NCBI GenBank assembly: GCA_013265495.1 | Contig: MU058252.1 | Location: 2,328,244-2,392,243, forward strand | DNA from: Vicugna vicugna | Lineage: Eukaryota | Reading direction: 5' to 3' | Length of the DNA: 64,000 nt | Shown: piece by piece, positions 24,101-37,187 of the stretch | Position numbering within the stretch: the stretch's first letter is position 1 | Layout of the letters: every line of letters starts with the position of its first letter | Notes under the pieces: generated by a model | The model's input: only the letters and a program-made list of their open reading frames with translations | The model's database searches: none | What the model was told of the DNA's origin: nothing | Made by a program: the position numbers and the translations under genes

Positions 24101-24674
24101 CAGGCAGGGATGGCTCCACGGTCTGAAGACTGTAGAGCAGACAGACCTTGACCCCAGGATCTGGACACTGCTGTTCTGTTCAGAGTGGGAAAACCTTTCA
24201 GGGCCTGGGGAACCCGGCAGCCGGGACAGATCGGTGTGGGCTGGAGGGCTGGGCGTGAGCTGTCTGGGGATAAAGGAGAGATGAGTGAGGAGGGGCGGGA
24301 AGGGGGGGCCGTTCGAGGGAGCTGTTGTCTGGGGACAGAAGGAGGTCCAGCCCGTTCGGAACGGGGGTTCCAAGTTCACGTATAGAAACAGAACTGGGAT
24401 GGGCAGAGAAGAAGGGACGGCAAGCACCGTGCACGAGGTGTGGCTGGAGGGGCAGGCGCTTCCATCTGCTGTGATTTGTGATTACTTTCAGCTCCATCAC
24501 CGCTGGAGTGGGGCATGATTTTGAGGGCAGGGCTCTCCCATCAGACGGGCGGGGTCCGGGGAGTGGAGAGCCGACCCCCAGCAGCACAGCTGAGCTGAGT
24601 TGCTAGGAGAACTCACTGCGTCACCCTGCTGTGTCTCCGCGCCCGCACCCGTGCCTCAGGGCCCCAGGTGCGTC

Positions 24675-24785
24675 TGCCTTGTAAGGACGTGGTGAGCCTC
24701 ACACAGGGACACCTGTGCCAAGCGCTCCTAACCGTGCCTGGCGCACAATAGGCACTCAGTACACACTAGCCAGTATTGTTATCAC
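24675..24785 (+). mobile_element. MIR 3' part
   Basis: aagcgctcctaaccgtgcctggcgcacaataggcactcagtacacactagc. Confidence 0.6.
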
Positions 24786-25178
24786 CAGTGCTTCTACCAC
24801 TGGGGCCCCTGTCAGAGTGAATCATGATTCATGGCAGCAGCTAACGGGAAAATACTGATTTCAGTTATTTTCTTGTCTGGGTAGTGCCAGAGGGGACAAT
24901 AAAAATGAAAACAAGCAGGTATTTTTTTTTCTTTGTTTGCAAGCATGGTTTAGTTGATGAAATTAGATGTCTCTTCTGATCTATTCTTTGTCTTACACTG
25001 GACCATAAAATCTCCTCGAAACATAACTAAAGAAAGCCTCTGTGCCGCGTCGCCGTGGGAGCACGTGGCTCGCCCCAGACTGACACTGTGCTGCCGGGAG
25101 GCAGGTTGGATCATTAAGGGTAGTTTTCTCGCACCATTAAAATACTTTTAGGCATGAGTCAGGGCCCTTTTCATTAGC

Positions 25179-25200
25179 AAAAAAAAAAAAAAAAAAAAAA
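25179..25200. repeat. Poly(A) tract (22 nt)
   Basis: Read directly; no recognisable retroelement body upstream. Confidence 0.9.
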
Positions 25201-25874
25201 GGTGGAACATACATATTTCTAAAATTTTTTAAAGATCTAAATTTTATTTAGGCCAAAATAGGCAGGTACTGGGTGAAAGAATCATGTTTTCCAATCTACC
25301 CGCCTCTGCTCCCAAGTCTCCTTGCGTGTCGGTCGTCATGCATCATGGATGCTGGGAAGGCTGCTCAAAGACGGAGTCATTAGACATGACCAGCATCCTG
25401 GAACTCGGGTGCACTCGGGTCGGGTGATGTGACGGTACATCTCCGTCAAGTGTGATGGTGAAACTGCCGCCAACCTTTAGTCGCAGTTCCCCTCAGACGC
25501 CAGGGAACGTGCCATCAAAGAGAGACCACCCAGCTGGTGAATTTAGATCAAGGATTACACTGTCAACAAAAGAGGAATGAAGAAATCCATGAAGCTTTCC
25601 AGCAAGGGGTGCGCTGACAATAAATAAAAGGAATCCTTTACTAAGGGTTGGGGGAAGTTGCCACGAACGTCCTGATCTCCACAGAATACTTCGCAAGAGT
25701 ATCTTGCAAGACGTGCGCTCCTGGAAGGGGAGCTCATATCATTTCTCTCTGGCCGGTAACAAGGTTCTCCTACCAGCCCTGGGCTCACTGCCACGTCTCA
25801 GCAAATGCCAGACCATTTCCAGCTCCATGGCAAAGTCTCAGCCCTGGCAGAACCACCCCTTTCAGATGCTCGTG

Positions 25875-26025
25875 ACCCTGTCCAGTACTTGCTGAGTTAA
25901 CCTGAGTGAGTTACTTAAGCTTTCAGAGTCTCAGTTTTGTCATCTGCACAATGGGGCTAATGACGCCTATGCCCCAGGCGTACTTGGAAGATCAAATGCG
26001 ATCGTGGGCCTGACACATGATGATA
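25875..26025 (+). mobile_element. MIR fragment
   Basis: gagttacttaagctttcagagtctcagttttgtcatctgcacaatggggctaat is the MIR core. Confidence 0.75.
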
Positions 26026-26921
26026 AAAGTTACCTTTTATTCAGTTACTGAGGAAGAGGAAGGAGGAGAAAGAGGAGGGCCACAGCACAGCGGTTATTTC
26101 CCAGTGGGCGTCACAAGTTCCCCACGAGTTTCATCTTCCTAAGAAGGAGGCCCTGAAGTGCACTGCCTCACACCCTCTGCAGTGGCTCCAGCTCCACATC
26201 AGACTCCCAGGCGCCCACAGCTGATCGGGGAGTCCAGTCAGGGACACAGCGCTTTCCGTGTTGATGATGCAATTCATCTCTCATCTCGGTGCACCCGTCC
26301 GTGGCATTTCCCCTTTCTAAACATCCCCATCTGTGCCCAGGAGGCTGCTGCTGTCTTCCCCGCTGCCGGAGTGTCTGCCCTGATGTCCTCAAACTTTCTG
26401 GGACACCGGGTGTTGAAGTTTGTGCTGAACGCTAGGCCACAGCCTCAGGTCTGATTCTGACACGGGCTTGCCTGGAAATACAAGGGCTGAGGCGGGAGTG
26501 GTTGGCGGGGAGAGAAGTTAAGAAATGACCCACTGGTCCCGGTCCTCCTCTGCTGGCTGCCTCCACCCCACTCACTGGCATGCTGGAGTCACGAGCATGC
26601 GGTGCAAGCCAGGATTCGGGTCCTCCAGGCAAAGGTTACCTTACTGGAGAGTTCAAATTCTAATCGGAAGAAAAGGGTCTCCCTCCAGTTGCTAACGACT
26701 TAGAAAGTCAAATATAAAGCTGGACGTGTGTTCATGTGACAAATAGTCAAATTCTTACCCTTTACAAAACACTCAGTGGTCATAATTCCTTTGCATGCCC
26801 ACTCTACGGGCGTGTGCTGTGCACGCTAGCTGAGACTGACACACTTTAGGTAGTTACTCAAGTAGATCATGAACTTTTAAAATCTGGAACTGTCTTTTGC
26901 TTCATTTAAATTTTCTCCTCC

Positions 26922-27659
26922 GGAAAAGGGAAGCCTCCCACACCGTCGGTAGGAATATAAACTGGTGAAGCCATTGTGGAAAACAGTATGGAAGTTCCTT
27001 AAGAAGCAAAAAATAGAGTTGCCTTATGATCCAGCAATCCCACTCCTGGGCATATGTCCAGAAAAGACAGAAACACTACTTGGAAAAGACACTTGCACCC
27101 CAGTGTTCACAGCAGCACTATTTACAACAGCCTACACATGGAAGTGACCTACATGTCCATCAACAACAGATGAGTGGATTTAAAGAAGATGTGATACACA
27201 CACACACACACACACACATACATATATACACACAATGGAATATTACTCAGCCATAAAAAGAATGGAATAATGTCATTTTCTGCAACATGGATGGACCTAA
27301 AGATGGTCCTACTAACTGAAGTAAGTCAGACAGAGAAAGACAAATATTATAGGATATCACTTATATGTGGAATCTAAAAAAAATAATATAAATCAATTTA
27401 TTTGCAGAACAGAAACAGACTCATAGACATAGAAAACAAATTTGTGGTTACTGAAGGGGAAAGAGGAGGGGGAGGGGTAAATTAGGAATTTGAGATTAAC
27501 AGGTACATACTGCTATACATAAAACAGATTAAAAAACAAGGATTCACTATCTAGCATGAGGAACTATATTCAGTATCTTGTAATAACCTATCATGGAAAA
27601 GAATCTGAAGCTGTACTTTGAAACTAATGCATCATTTTAATCAATTATAGTTAAATTTA
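26922..27659 (+). mobile_element. L1 3' end (ORF2 C-terminus + 3'UTR) with TSD
   Basis: Translates to PLWKTVWKFLKKQKIELPYDPAIPLLGI (L1 ORF2); TSD aaattttctcctcc at 26908-26921 and 27660-27673. Confidence 0.97.
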
Positions 27660-28454
27660 AAATTTTCTCCTCCAAATAACTCAGTAAATAATGGTTGAAT
27701 GAATGGATGCATGGATGTATGGATGGCTGGCTGGATGGATATTTGCTCTCTTGAATACAACCTTTATATTCAACTTTGTTTTTCAAAAGGGTACATGAAA
27801 AACTTGATTCAAACTACTTATTTCTGATTGGCCTTTAGAAATCAGGGTCTCTCCTGAATATTCTGCTTTTGAGGGGACAGGACACATCCAGTTTCTGGCC
27901 TCTACTGCTCCACCGAGGCCTCCCAGTAAATTAATTTATGGTTAGATTTGCTAATTCTCCCAGAAGTCACTGAGAAGCATTAAATTGTACTTTTCCTGAT
28001 AAAACAAAAAGTAAGGCATTTTTTTCTTCAGCAGATGTCTGGGAATCATCTTCTCAGTGTCTGAGATTCAAGCGTTCCTTCATCTCAATCCCCCTTGAGC
28101 TGTGTGATCAATCCACAATTTATAAAGCAGTGGTTTCTTCTTGCATCGTTTCTGATCCACCTCTCTTGACTTTTTCTTTATGGACTTATTAATCCTGTCA
28201 ATCTTTGGTTTAACCAGACATCACCATTATTCAAGACTTTTTTTTTTCTTAGAAGGTGAACTTGGAGAACAATGCTATGAAAATAAGATAATCTGATTTT
28301 AAAAAAGAAAAAAATAACCAAATTCCAAGCTCTGAGCCCAGAGCAAATTCAGTTCTCAGATTTCTTCAGCTCCATCCAAGATGGCGCAGTGGCTGCCTTA
28401 GAATGGGGACCTCAAGGCTCCCCAAGATCCTCAAGCATCAAAAAGACCTCTCTT

Positions 28455-29298
28455 GAAATGCAAATCAAAACTACAATGAGGTATCACCTCACATCAGTCA
28501 GAATGGCCATCATTAAAAAGTCCACAAACAATAAGTGCTGGAGAGAGTGTGGAGAAAAGGGAGCCCTCCTACACTGCTGGTGGGAATGCAGTTTGGTGCA
28601 GCCACTGTGGAAAACAGTATGGAGATTCCTCAAAAAAACAAAAATAAGTTTACCATATGATCCAGTAAACCCACTCCTGGGCATATACCTAGAGGGAACT
28701 CTAATTTGAAAAGACACCTGCACCACAATGTTCATAGGAGTACTATCTACAATAGCCAAGACATGGAAACAGCCTACATGTCCATCAACAGATGGCTGGA
28801 TAAAGAAGCTGTGGTATATTTATACAACAGAGTACTACTCAGCCATAAAAAAGAATAAAATAATGCCATTTGCAGCAATGGATGGACCTAGAGATCCTCA
28901 TTCCAAGTGAAGTAAGCCAGAAAGAGAAAGAAGGGTGCCATGTGATATCACTTTTATGTGGAATTTGGAGAAGGAAAAAAAAAGAGGACACTAACGTACT
29001 CATCTACAGAACAGAAACAGACTCCGAAGACATAATTAACGATCTTTTGGTTGCCAGGGGAAGAGGGTGGGAAGGGATGAATTGGGGAGTTCAAGATTTG
29101 CAAATGTTAGCCACTATGTATTAAAATACCAAGTTTCTTCTGTACAGCACGGAGAACCATATTTAATAACTTGTAATTGCCTTTAATGAAAACGAACATG
29201 AAAATGAATATTTGTATGTATATGCATGACTGGGGCATTATGCTGTACACCAGAGATGGACACACTGTAGCTGACTGTACTTCAATTAAAAAAAAAAA
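28455..29298 (+). mobile_element. L1 3' end with ORF2 zinc-knuckle region, stop-interrupted, with TSD
   Basis: [45 protein letters not shown]...; TSD aaaagacctctctt 28441-28454 / aaaagaaatctctt 29295-29308. Confidence 0.97.
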
Positions 29299-32100
29299 GA
29301 AATCTCTTCATAAGCTTTTGCTTTCCAGGGTGGCAAGGTGAACTCATGGGAGTGAATGCGTGTTCAACCAAAAATATACATTAAAGGGACTGCTTGATTA
29401 GACAATCAGAAACTCACTTTATTCCACTCATCTCTCAAGCATTTCATTTACTAGATCTATTAAGACATGCTGCTACTGCATTGAAGATAACAAATTCATA
29501 AATATTGCAGTTTCACATGAGAGTCACAAAGTGGTAGCTCAGAATAATTAATTGAAGGGAATCTGCATACAAGACACTCTGCTTTTTACCTTTGAGGCAG
29601 ATATGTTACCTTCAAGGAATCGTCTTTTCCCATCTTTTTAATCCCTCCTGTTTTAAGGACTAAGAACCGCAGCCCCAGCCTTTCCTCCCGTGTGTTGCGC
29701 TGGCGCACTCGGCACACTGATGCCGTTACCTCGCCTGTAGGGAGGAGGGAGTCTAGGTTTTGGACTAAAGGGCAAGAGCTATCCTCACCTCGATGCTGGT
29801 TTCTCTAAAGGATGTTCGTGAACACGAGATGCAGATTCCTTGGTCTCTCTCCGACAGCTTCTCTTGCAAACCTTTATTTCTTTGTTGTTGAGCATGACTT
29901 GGAACCTGCCAGTTCACGCTTACGAAGTATAATGACTTTTGCAAAATGAACGTCAGACGCCTTGAGCTTAGGAGAGATTCATACTAGAGACTTACTTAAT
30001 GAGCTTCAATTAACCAAGCTTCTGCTAAATCTGATCTGCCCAGGAGGGCGGATGGGAGGATGCTGGATAAGATGGAGGAGGTACAGGTGGGCAGACAAGT
30101 AGCAGCATCTCCGAGTGAGGAAGATGGCGTGGCCCAGAGGCTACCCTGCTGGCAGGGTTTGTCCGTCCTGGTAAAGCTCAGTGCTGGGTTCTAGGACTGA
30201 GACTCGGCGGTGACATCCGTATCTCTGGCGGTCTGCTGGAGCGGCTAAGCCTGCGTGATCATCCATCCGGAGGGAAATCCCAGTCTAGAGGAGACTGAGC
30301 TTGCCACAGACAATGGGACTGAACAGGAGATGCTCGCATCTAGATGTTGGGGGTGTTGTATGGGCTGAGAGTCAGGAGGAGAAGAAGACCTGTGAGTGAC
30401 TAGAAGGTGAGTGAGTCTGGTGTCACCTGTGTCGCATTCACACAGCTCTTCTTAGAGGCTTGGCAAGTTCAGAATAAGCAACAAGAAAACACAAGTAGTT
30501 TGTTCAGGCAGCTGTAAATCTCGCCCTTCCTCACCTGTGATACAGCGTATCCATGAAATGTCTTCAACTTCACATCTGAGATGGCAGGAAGACGACAAGT
30601 CATTGATTTCTGGCAGAAAATGGAAAGTCTCAGCCAAGAGACGCTGTGAAATCTGGGTGTCTTGTTTCTGGGGGTTCACTGGCAGTTTTATAAAACATGA
30701 AGACCTTCCGGAAGGTTAGTGGTCCACAGGTAATAGGGAGGGGCCTGTGGAGGTTGTGAACTTTTCTTAGACGGGGTCACGTGCCTTTTGACAATTTCAT
30801 AGGCACGTGGACACAGTGCTGCATACAGTGGGGGCCCCAGTAACACCTGCCCTGGGTGAAGGCAGGTACCTCCGTCACGGGGCGTCACGGCCAGTAGTGG
30901 CCAGCCAGCCGAGGCTTGGTCCCCTCCGATGATGGTCATGCAGACCAGACCAAACGTATGAGTCACTGATGGGGACTGGCGGAAGTGCGGTGGGTGGGGC
31001 TTCCATAGGCTAGCGAGGAAGACAAAACCCTTGTAAGGTGTGTTCCACACGTGCTTCGCAGAGAAACCCCACATCAGGCGGGAAGCCTTCATGGCGCCCT
31101 CCGAGGGAAGCAAGGTCTGCTCCAGCTCCTCGTCTGATCCTGGAACACACCCAGCGGAACGTGCACACTGGTTCTGATCTAGCTTCTCTAGGATAAATAC
31201 CGACAATAAGCACTTACAGTTTGATAGCATCTCGTGCGACACCGCAAAGGTATGAGGGGGTGGTATCAGTCACCCTCTGCACAGGGGGGGGAGCTCAGAA
31301 AGACCAGGCAGTCCCCCTGCGCTAACTGCGCCAGTGGCAGCCTGTGACGTGGAGGCGCCCCGCTCCCCCTCCCGGCACACGTGGGTCTGGCTCAGAGTTG
31401 GCGGGAAGTGGAGCTGGAAGAGCGTTGGGAGGCAGAGTGAAGCAGCGGTTAGAGGCGGGGGGCAGACGCGGAGCTTCCAGGCGGCTCCAGTCTGTCTGCT
31501 CTGCGCGGCCCCAAGCCCGGTTCTCTTTTTAAACCACCAGCCCCGCTGACCAACACTGACCGCTGCACCCCCACCAGGTGCTTGTATACCCCCATCTACA
31601 CAGACCCTGACCTCCCCCCCATCCGCTTCCACAGTGTGGATGGTCCAATTCCTATGGTGGTGTTGCTCCAGGTACTCAGAGCTCTTCTCCCAGACGTGAG
31701 CTCCGACACGTTTCCCAGGGCCAGCCAGGTGACAGGTGCCGCTTCTCTGCTCCATACGCTTTTGACCTGTACCTTCTGTTGCTGCATTCTACTGTGTTAA
31801 GACCTCTCCTTTCTTCAGTGTCCTCCCTACATTATACGTATTCACCTATAAAGGAGTTTCCCTAAGACTTAGTGCCTTGAACTCATCATGGACGAGCTTG
31901 CAATGGTGGAAATGCAGCATCTATAGAAAGCCGTGGGCTTCATAGGAATGACAGAAATGGTTCCTTATCAGATAACTTTCTAAAGACTAGTGTACCGTTG
32001 ATTACAATCAGTACGCGTGAGAAACACTGACTTGATGGGTACCTGCAGGGAGTCGTCCTGGAATTAAAAATTCAGCCTGAATAACTCATAGGGGACAGTC

Positions 32101-32690
32101 CAGCTAAAGGTCTGTCAACTTTGGATTTTCAGAGAACTGCCTTTTGATTGCGTGAAGTTATGGTTCTGCTCTTCTCTGTCTCACTTATTCTCTGTTCTTC
32201 ACGCGCTCCCTTCCGACCGCGTGGGGCTTACTTTGCTCCTCCTCGGGGAGCTTCTCAAGGCGGCTTGCTCGGTTGTTGGTTTGAGATGCTTTTTCTTACT
32301 GGAGGTTACAGCTGTGGTTTTCCTTCTAAGCACTGCGCTCACTGCATCCCACGGGTTTTGGTAAGCTGCGTTTTCATTTTCGCTCAGCTTGAGGTGTTTC
32401 TTACTCTCCCTTGTGGCTTCTCCTTTCATCCGTTGGTCGTTTACAAGCGTGCTGCTTAATTCCCACATTTTGTGGGAATTTTCCAGTCTTCCATCTGTCG
32501 TTGAATTCTAGGCTCCTTCCATTGTGATCAGAAAAGATGCTTTGTCTGCTTTTAATCTTTTGGATTTTATTTTAAGACTTGTTTTGTGGCCTAACGTGTG
32601 GTCTGTCCTGGATAACGTTCCACGGGCCCTTGAGGGGAATGTGTCGTCTGTCGCTGTGGGGAGGAGGCTCTGCAGAAGTTCGTCGTAATT
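32101..32690 (-). mobile_element. Old L1 ORF2 fragment (end of endonuclease domain and linker)
   Basis: Minus ORFs give FPSRARGTLSRTDHTLGHKTSL (cf. L1 FFSSAHGTFSRIDHILGHKTSL) and ENENAAYQNPWDAVSAVLRRK (cf. ENENTTYQNLWDAAKAVLRGK). Confidence 0.9.
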
Positions 32691-32760
32691 CATAGAGGGC
32701 CTCAGTTTCTACCACAGGCATTCCAGCCCAGACATGCCCGTGCCGTGTCAGCCCAACTCA

Positions 32761-32837
32761 GCATGCACGCACACATGCACACACACACGCGCACACACAC
32801 AGATGCACACGCGCACACACACACATGCACAAACACA
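32761..32837. repeat. Imperfect (CA)n/(CG) alternating purine-pyrimidine tract
   Basis: gcatgcacgcacacatgcacacacacacgcgcacacacac... Confidence 0.85.
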
Positions 32838-33727
32838 ATTCAAAATTCAGTTCTTCTTTTTCTGTCTCTAAAGCCACACTGTAGATTCCAAATTCAAATA
32901 TAAACATGCATTATTTTGCCTGTCTGCTACTTCAAATGGCCTGTCATCCCAGAGACCATTCAACTGACTGTGTTCCTCACAATTCTAATAATTCCTGAAA
33001 ATGACCGCATGTGACTGTTCTCAACTGAAATAGCATTTTATCTTCTTTTCCATTTAACTCACTTTCCAACTTGGCACATAGAGCTAAGGATGGACGCAGC
33101 CTCAGAACGCCAGGCCCACTTCTCTCAGGGCATCAGAAGCGCTCGCCGTCTGGGAGCCTGGAGGCGCAGCGCCATGGCTAGGACGGTGGCTCTCGCCACA
33201 GAGCCCGTCGCCGCCCCCCACAGCGGCCCTCAGTTGCTGGCGGCCGGTCACACACGCGTTTGCCCGCTGCCCTGAGGCGGCGTGGCGGGGAGGACAGAGC
33301 GCGACGCGGGAACAGCGTTCCACGAACTTCGGACCCAGAGCCTCTCTGAGTGCAAACTGCGGTGGAAACCACGTAACACCACAGCCAACAAATCAGGAGG
33401 CGGCCGACACACTTACCCCGCGATCCTGAAATAGCCCCTCTCACCACACATGCCTGCCGCGTCCTGCAGCTTATTGGGAGGGGATGTGGGATTAAATCGC
33501 CGATCACTTTATGTCTCCTACACTCTACCCACCTTCGTGTCTTCGTGCGTGCGCGGGGCTGATGGTAACGCCCGCCTCAGCCGTTTGCTGCAGTCATGGC
33601 AGCAGTGTCTTAAAGCATGCTTATCGTGCTGGCATCGGATGCTCTAGCACAGAGCGGGATCGTCACCACTGTTAAACATTTGTCTTTTAGGTTGCCGTAC
33701 TTATGAACTTTGGGCCCCAACTCTCAG

Positions 33728-33827
33728 ACCCTCCTCCCTCTGCCCGTCACACCCTCCGCCCTCTGCCCGTCACACCCTCCTCCCTCTGCCCGTCACACCC
33801 TCCGCCCTCCGCCCGTCACACCCTCCT
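33728..33827. repeat. 23-bp minisatellite, 4.3 copies (ACCCTCCKCCCTCTGCCCGTCAC)
   Basis: Units start at 33728, 33751, 33774, 33797 and 33820 (partial). Confidence 0.95.
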
Positions 33828-34739
33828 TGCTCCGCCGACTGCCCCCAGCAGCTATCGAGTGGGTCTAAATAAGCAAGCAGCCCACTGCACTCAGGGACGG
33901 ATCCTTGGGTGCTGCTTTTCTGTCTAATCAGCACTGCATCCGAGTGCTTGAATCCTGAGCTGGCAAGACACGTGGGTTACTGCTAACGAGGAAAAGGGAT
34001 TCTCACGGGAAACCAACTGTAACAAAGAACAGGAGGTCCCGCTGACCGCCCTGCCTTCCGCCAGCCCCGGCGCCACCTGCGTGTGCCCACGTCAAGTAGC
34101 GGCGTGAGCAGTAGCTGTCTGCCCCTGGTGCTTCTCCCCCCCCACCACGGCCAGACTGCCTTCTTCCTTCAAAGTGAATTTCGGGGCTTTCTTTGAGGCA
34201 GTCCTGTGCATCTGTCATATTTAGCCTTAATTCAACTGAAGCTCGATCCGACAGCTCTTCCTTATGCATTTAATCCACATTTATTCGGAGGCATTCGCTC
34301 TCAGGATCGTTAGGGACAGAGCTGATTCTTCCCCAGCAAGAACGGCTGGCGTTTTACACCACAGGGGGGCGGTCCGTCCCCCCTCCTCTCTGAGAGTTGC
34401 CTTGTTTCAGACCCGACGCTCTGCTTCCCGTACGGCCCACGGCCCCAGGCAGCGCTGGGCGCGTTGGGGTCGGAGTGCAGAGTGACCCTTCGCCAGCAGA
34501 CGCTGCTGGGCGCCGCCTGCGTGCTGGGCCTGGAGCTCGGGGCCGGGCCTCGCCGGCGCACCCTCTCGCTCGCTGGCTAGTTGCTGTTTGTCTGAGGATA
34601 TGTAACTGGAGGGATGAGCTGGGAGAGAGGCTCTCTCGCAGGGTCAGTGGGGAAGACGCCTCTTGGGCTGGTGCTTCCGCTGAGGTTTCAGGAATGGGAA
34701 GGAACTGCCCTTGTGAGGAGCGGGGCACAGGACGGGGGA

Positions 34740-34960
34740 GAGAGTGACAGATGAGACGGAGGCTGAGCCTCCAGGAGAGAGGCATCGCCAAGGGGCCTGA
34801 GGAGGCTGGTTAGGGGACACCTGAGAGGGACAGCGTGGCTGCAATAGAAGGAGTGATGGACGGCGACACATCGTCCCTGGAAGGCCAGGCAGGTCCAAAG
34901 CAGGGCAAGGAGTTGGCATTTGATCCTGACTGGGAAGCTGTGTTTGAAGCAGGATGCTGG
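34740..34960 (-). mobile_element. L2 fragment
   Basis: ggcatcgccaaggggcctgagg...gcaaggagttggcatttgatcctga...tttgaagcagga. Confidence 0.45.
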
Positions 34961-36439
34961 CAGTGCGGGCAGAAAGAGTAAATGGTTCCAAAACATGCTC
35001 GCAACCAGCAAAAATAAATACAGAATTCGCTGATGGATTTGATTCGCAGGCAGGGTGGTAGGAAAAAAATGTATGGTGATGCCTGTGCTTTCTGCCTCTT
35101 GAGCCATCAGTTCAATATAGACATTGGACTACGCTGGAGAAAGAGCTATTTTGTAATATAGATAAATACTTGGTGACCGGGTCATTGAACTTGAAGGTGA
35201 GTCATTAAGTCTGTCAGTTAGAACTTTGCAACATCTCTGAAATTCTCTTTGGCTCCAGTAAAGGTAGCAAATCTGAAAACTGCCCATTTACAGACACGCA
35301 CATAAACAGAATTTGCATTTTAGTTGACTGTGCAACAGGGAAGTAGAGTTAAGCTGAATTGGTGTAAGGGGAAACTGACCTACAGGTCAGGTGACCACAC
35401 CGCTAATCATCCAAATGGGGTGGCTCAGAGAGGAGGAAGGGGAGCTCCGAGCATTCACGTCAAGACAGCCGACATCCACTTGGTCGGCGCTGGATGTATT
35501 GTCGCCCTGCAGAGGGTTCTCATTTTCCGGGAACGTTCTGGTCGTAGACGTCCCTGACGTGAAAGAGGAGAGACCAGGAGATGGTCCACTTGGTAGCCCA
35601 GCTGAACGTGCTCTTGGAGTTTTGTCCCCCAGGCCGTCACCCATGCAGCTTTCAGGAGCTTGCTTTGCAGCTTCATGCACAAATTTTAAGAAGTCTTGCT
35701 GTTTTTTCCACCACTCCTGTTGCTGCATGCTCCAGCATCTGCCTGACGTTATACCTGGAAACGTGGCTGAAATAAAGTGGTTCAGAACTATACTTCAAAG
35801 CTGGCTAAAAAAAAATTGAAGATATGTTTTTAAAAAAGAGTTTATATGCCCTAGCTTGTGAGCCACTTCCACTTTGCCTTCTAAACACACGGATTTTGCT
35901 ATCGTTGAAGACTTTCCTCATCTGATCTTTTAAAAATCCCTATTTTGATTCTCTACTCATACTCATTTTCTTCACGTTGAAACCCCACGCTGCTTTGCTC
36001 TTCCCACCCTTCCGCCAGCTCCCGGGGGGATTCCAAGACCAAGATCACGGACTTAGATTTACAGTGATTTCCCCTCGTCGGTTGTGGCCCTTTCCTATTT
36101 CCCCTTGCAATCTCACTACTTTTTAAAAGAAAAATGCTTTCTATGTTGCTGGAAAATCACAGATAATTTTTACATCAGGTCAGCTATAATTGATATGATT
36201 TGGGCATTTGGTACGAACTGAGTTTGTTGTTTTAAAGCAACTCAGTTAATATCTCAAAGCCAAAACCAGAAGCTAATTCCAGTGATCACTGTGGACATTT
36301 TAGGAAAACCCTCACTGAGAGAAAAGATCTCAAATACAGCAATTTTTTCCCTAGGTCAGAAATGCATTACATTTATTTCAGGCACAGATCAAAAAAAAAA
36401 AAATTACAGTCTTTGACGAGGAAAACGGCACCCTGAAAA

Positions 36440-36680
36440 GGGGCTTTTACTCTCACGGAGGAGCCCCAGCGCATCGCTGCGCGCCAGGGCGGGGACCGGC
36501 GACCCCTGGCGGCCAAGCTGTGTCCCGGGCCGGCTGCTCGCCGCGGCCGCCAGCCGCAATGATGGCGGGGGCGCGGGCGGTGGAGGAGAGCGGGCGGATG
36601 GGGCAGCGTCCCAAGGAGCAGCTGTTGCTGAGAATAGGAAGACGTCGTTCCTTCCATTGGCACGGTCGCCCACCGAGGGC
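36440..36680 (-). promoter_or_regulatory. Small CpG island / candidate promoter
   Basis: Dense CpG with GCGGCCGC, GC boxes (gggcgggg; gggcgg), GACGTC at 36641-36646 and ATTGG at 36656-36660 (CCAAT on minus strand); orientation is inferred. Confidence 0.5.
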
Positions 36681-37187
36681 CAGACTGGGATCTACTTGTC
36701 CAAGAGCAGAGATGGACATTCCCTTCTGAGGCTGTTCTCCATTGAACCCTCACTCTCCAAGGGGCTCTTGCTCTGGCCTCTGGACATCCCAGCAGTGTCT
36801 TGTGGCCGGGCCCCAGCTCAGTTCTACTTTATAGGAAGAGGCTGAAGACTTTGTTCGTATTAACACAAAGATAACGGCTCAGAAGTGCGCATGATGGAGT
36901 GAGGAGTGGAGAGAGGTGGGGAGAGAGGAGGGCAGCCGAGATGGTGGAGGAAGGGGGCCAGAGAGCTGATCCTGAGAGGCGCACGGGCAGTGGGTGAGCA
37001 GAACCACTGGGGCACCTTGCATTGTGTTTGTCTTCACTGCCCCTGGTCCCCAGGCCAGCTGACATACTCCGTGCCTGATTCACTGCATCCCTGAAATTTG
37101 TCCAAGTGGTGAGCTTTGCCTCCTGGAAGAGGCTCTGCAGCTGTGTCCTCAGTGACCTGCCACCCATGTGTCCTGTAGGCTGTGGCT

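Noticed and set aside
25347..25398. Hairpin ggatgctgg...ccagcatcc as a pre-miRNA
   Set aside because: Only about 9-11 bp of pairing with a large loop, too short for a Drosha substrate.
28389..28910. ORFs with real protein similarity as a host gene
   Set aside because: They are stop-interrupted L1 ORF2 C-terminal remnants inside a TSD-flanked truncated L1.
33728..33827. CRISPR-like array (also considered for 21046-21123)
   Set aside because: The units are contiguous with no unique spacers, there are no cas genes, and the context is mammalian.
35375..35396. Estrogen response element (TGACCT-ac-AGGTCA-gg-TGACC)
   Set aside because: The spacing is 2 nt rather than the 3 nt of an ERE; these are half-sites of uncertain meaning.
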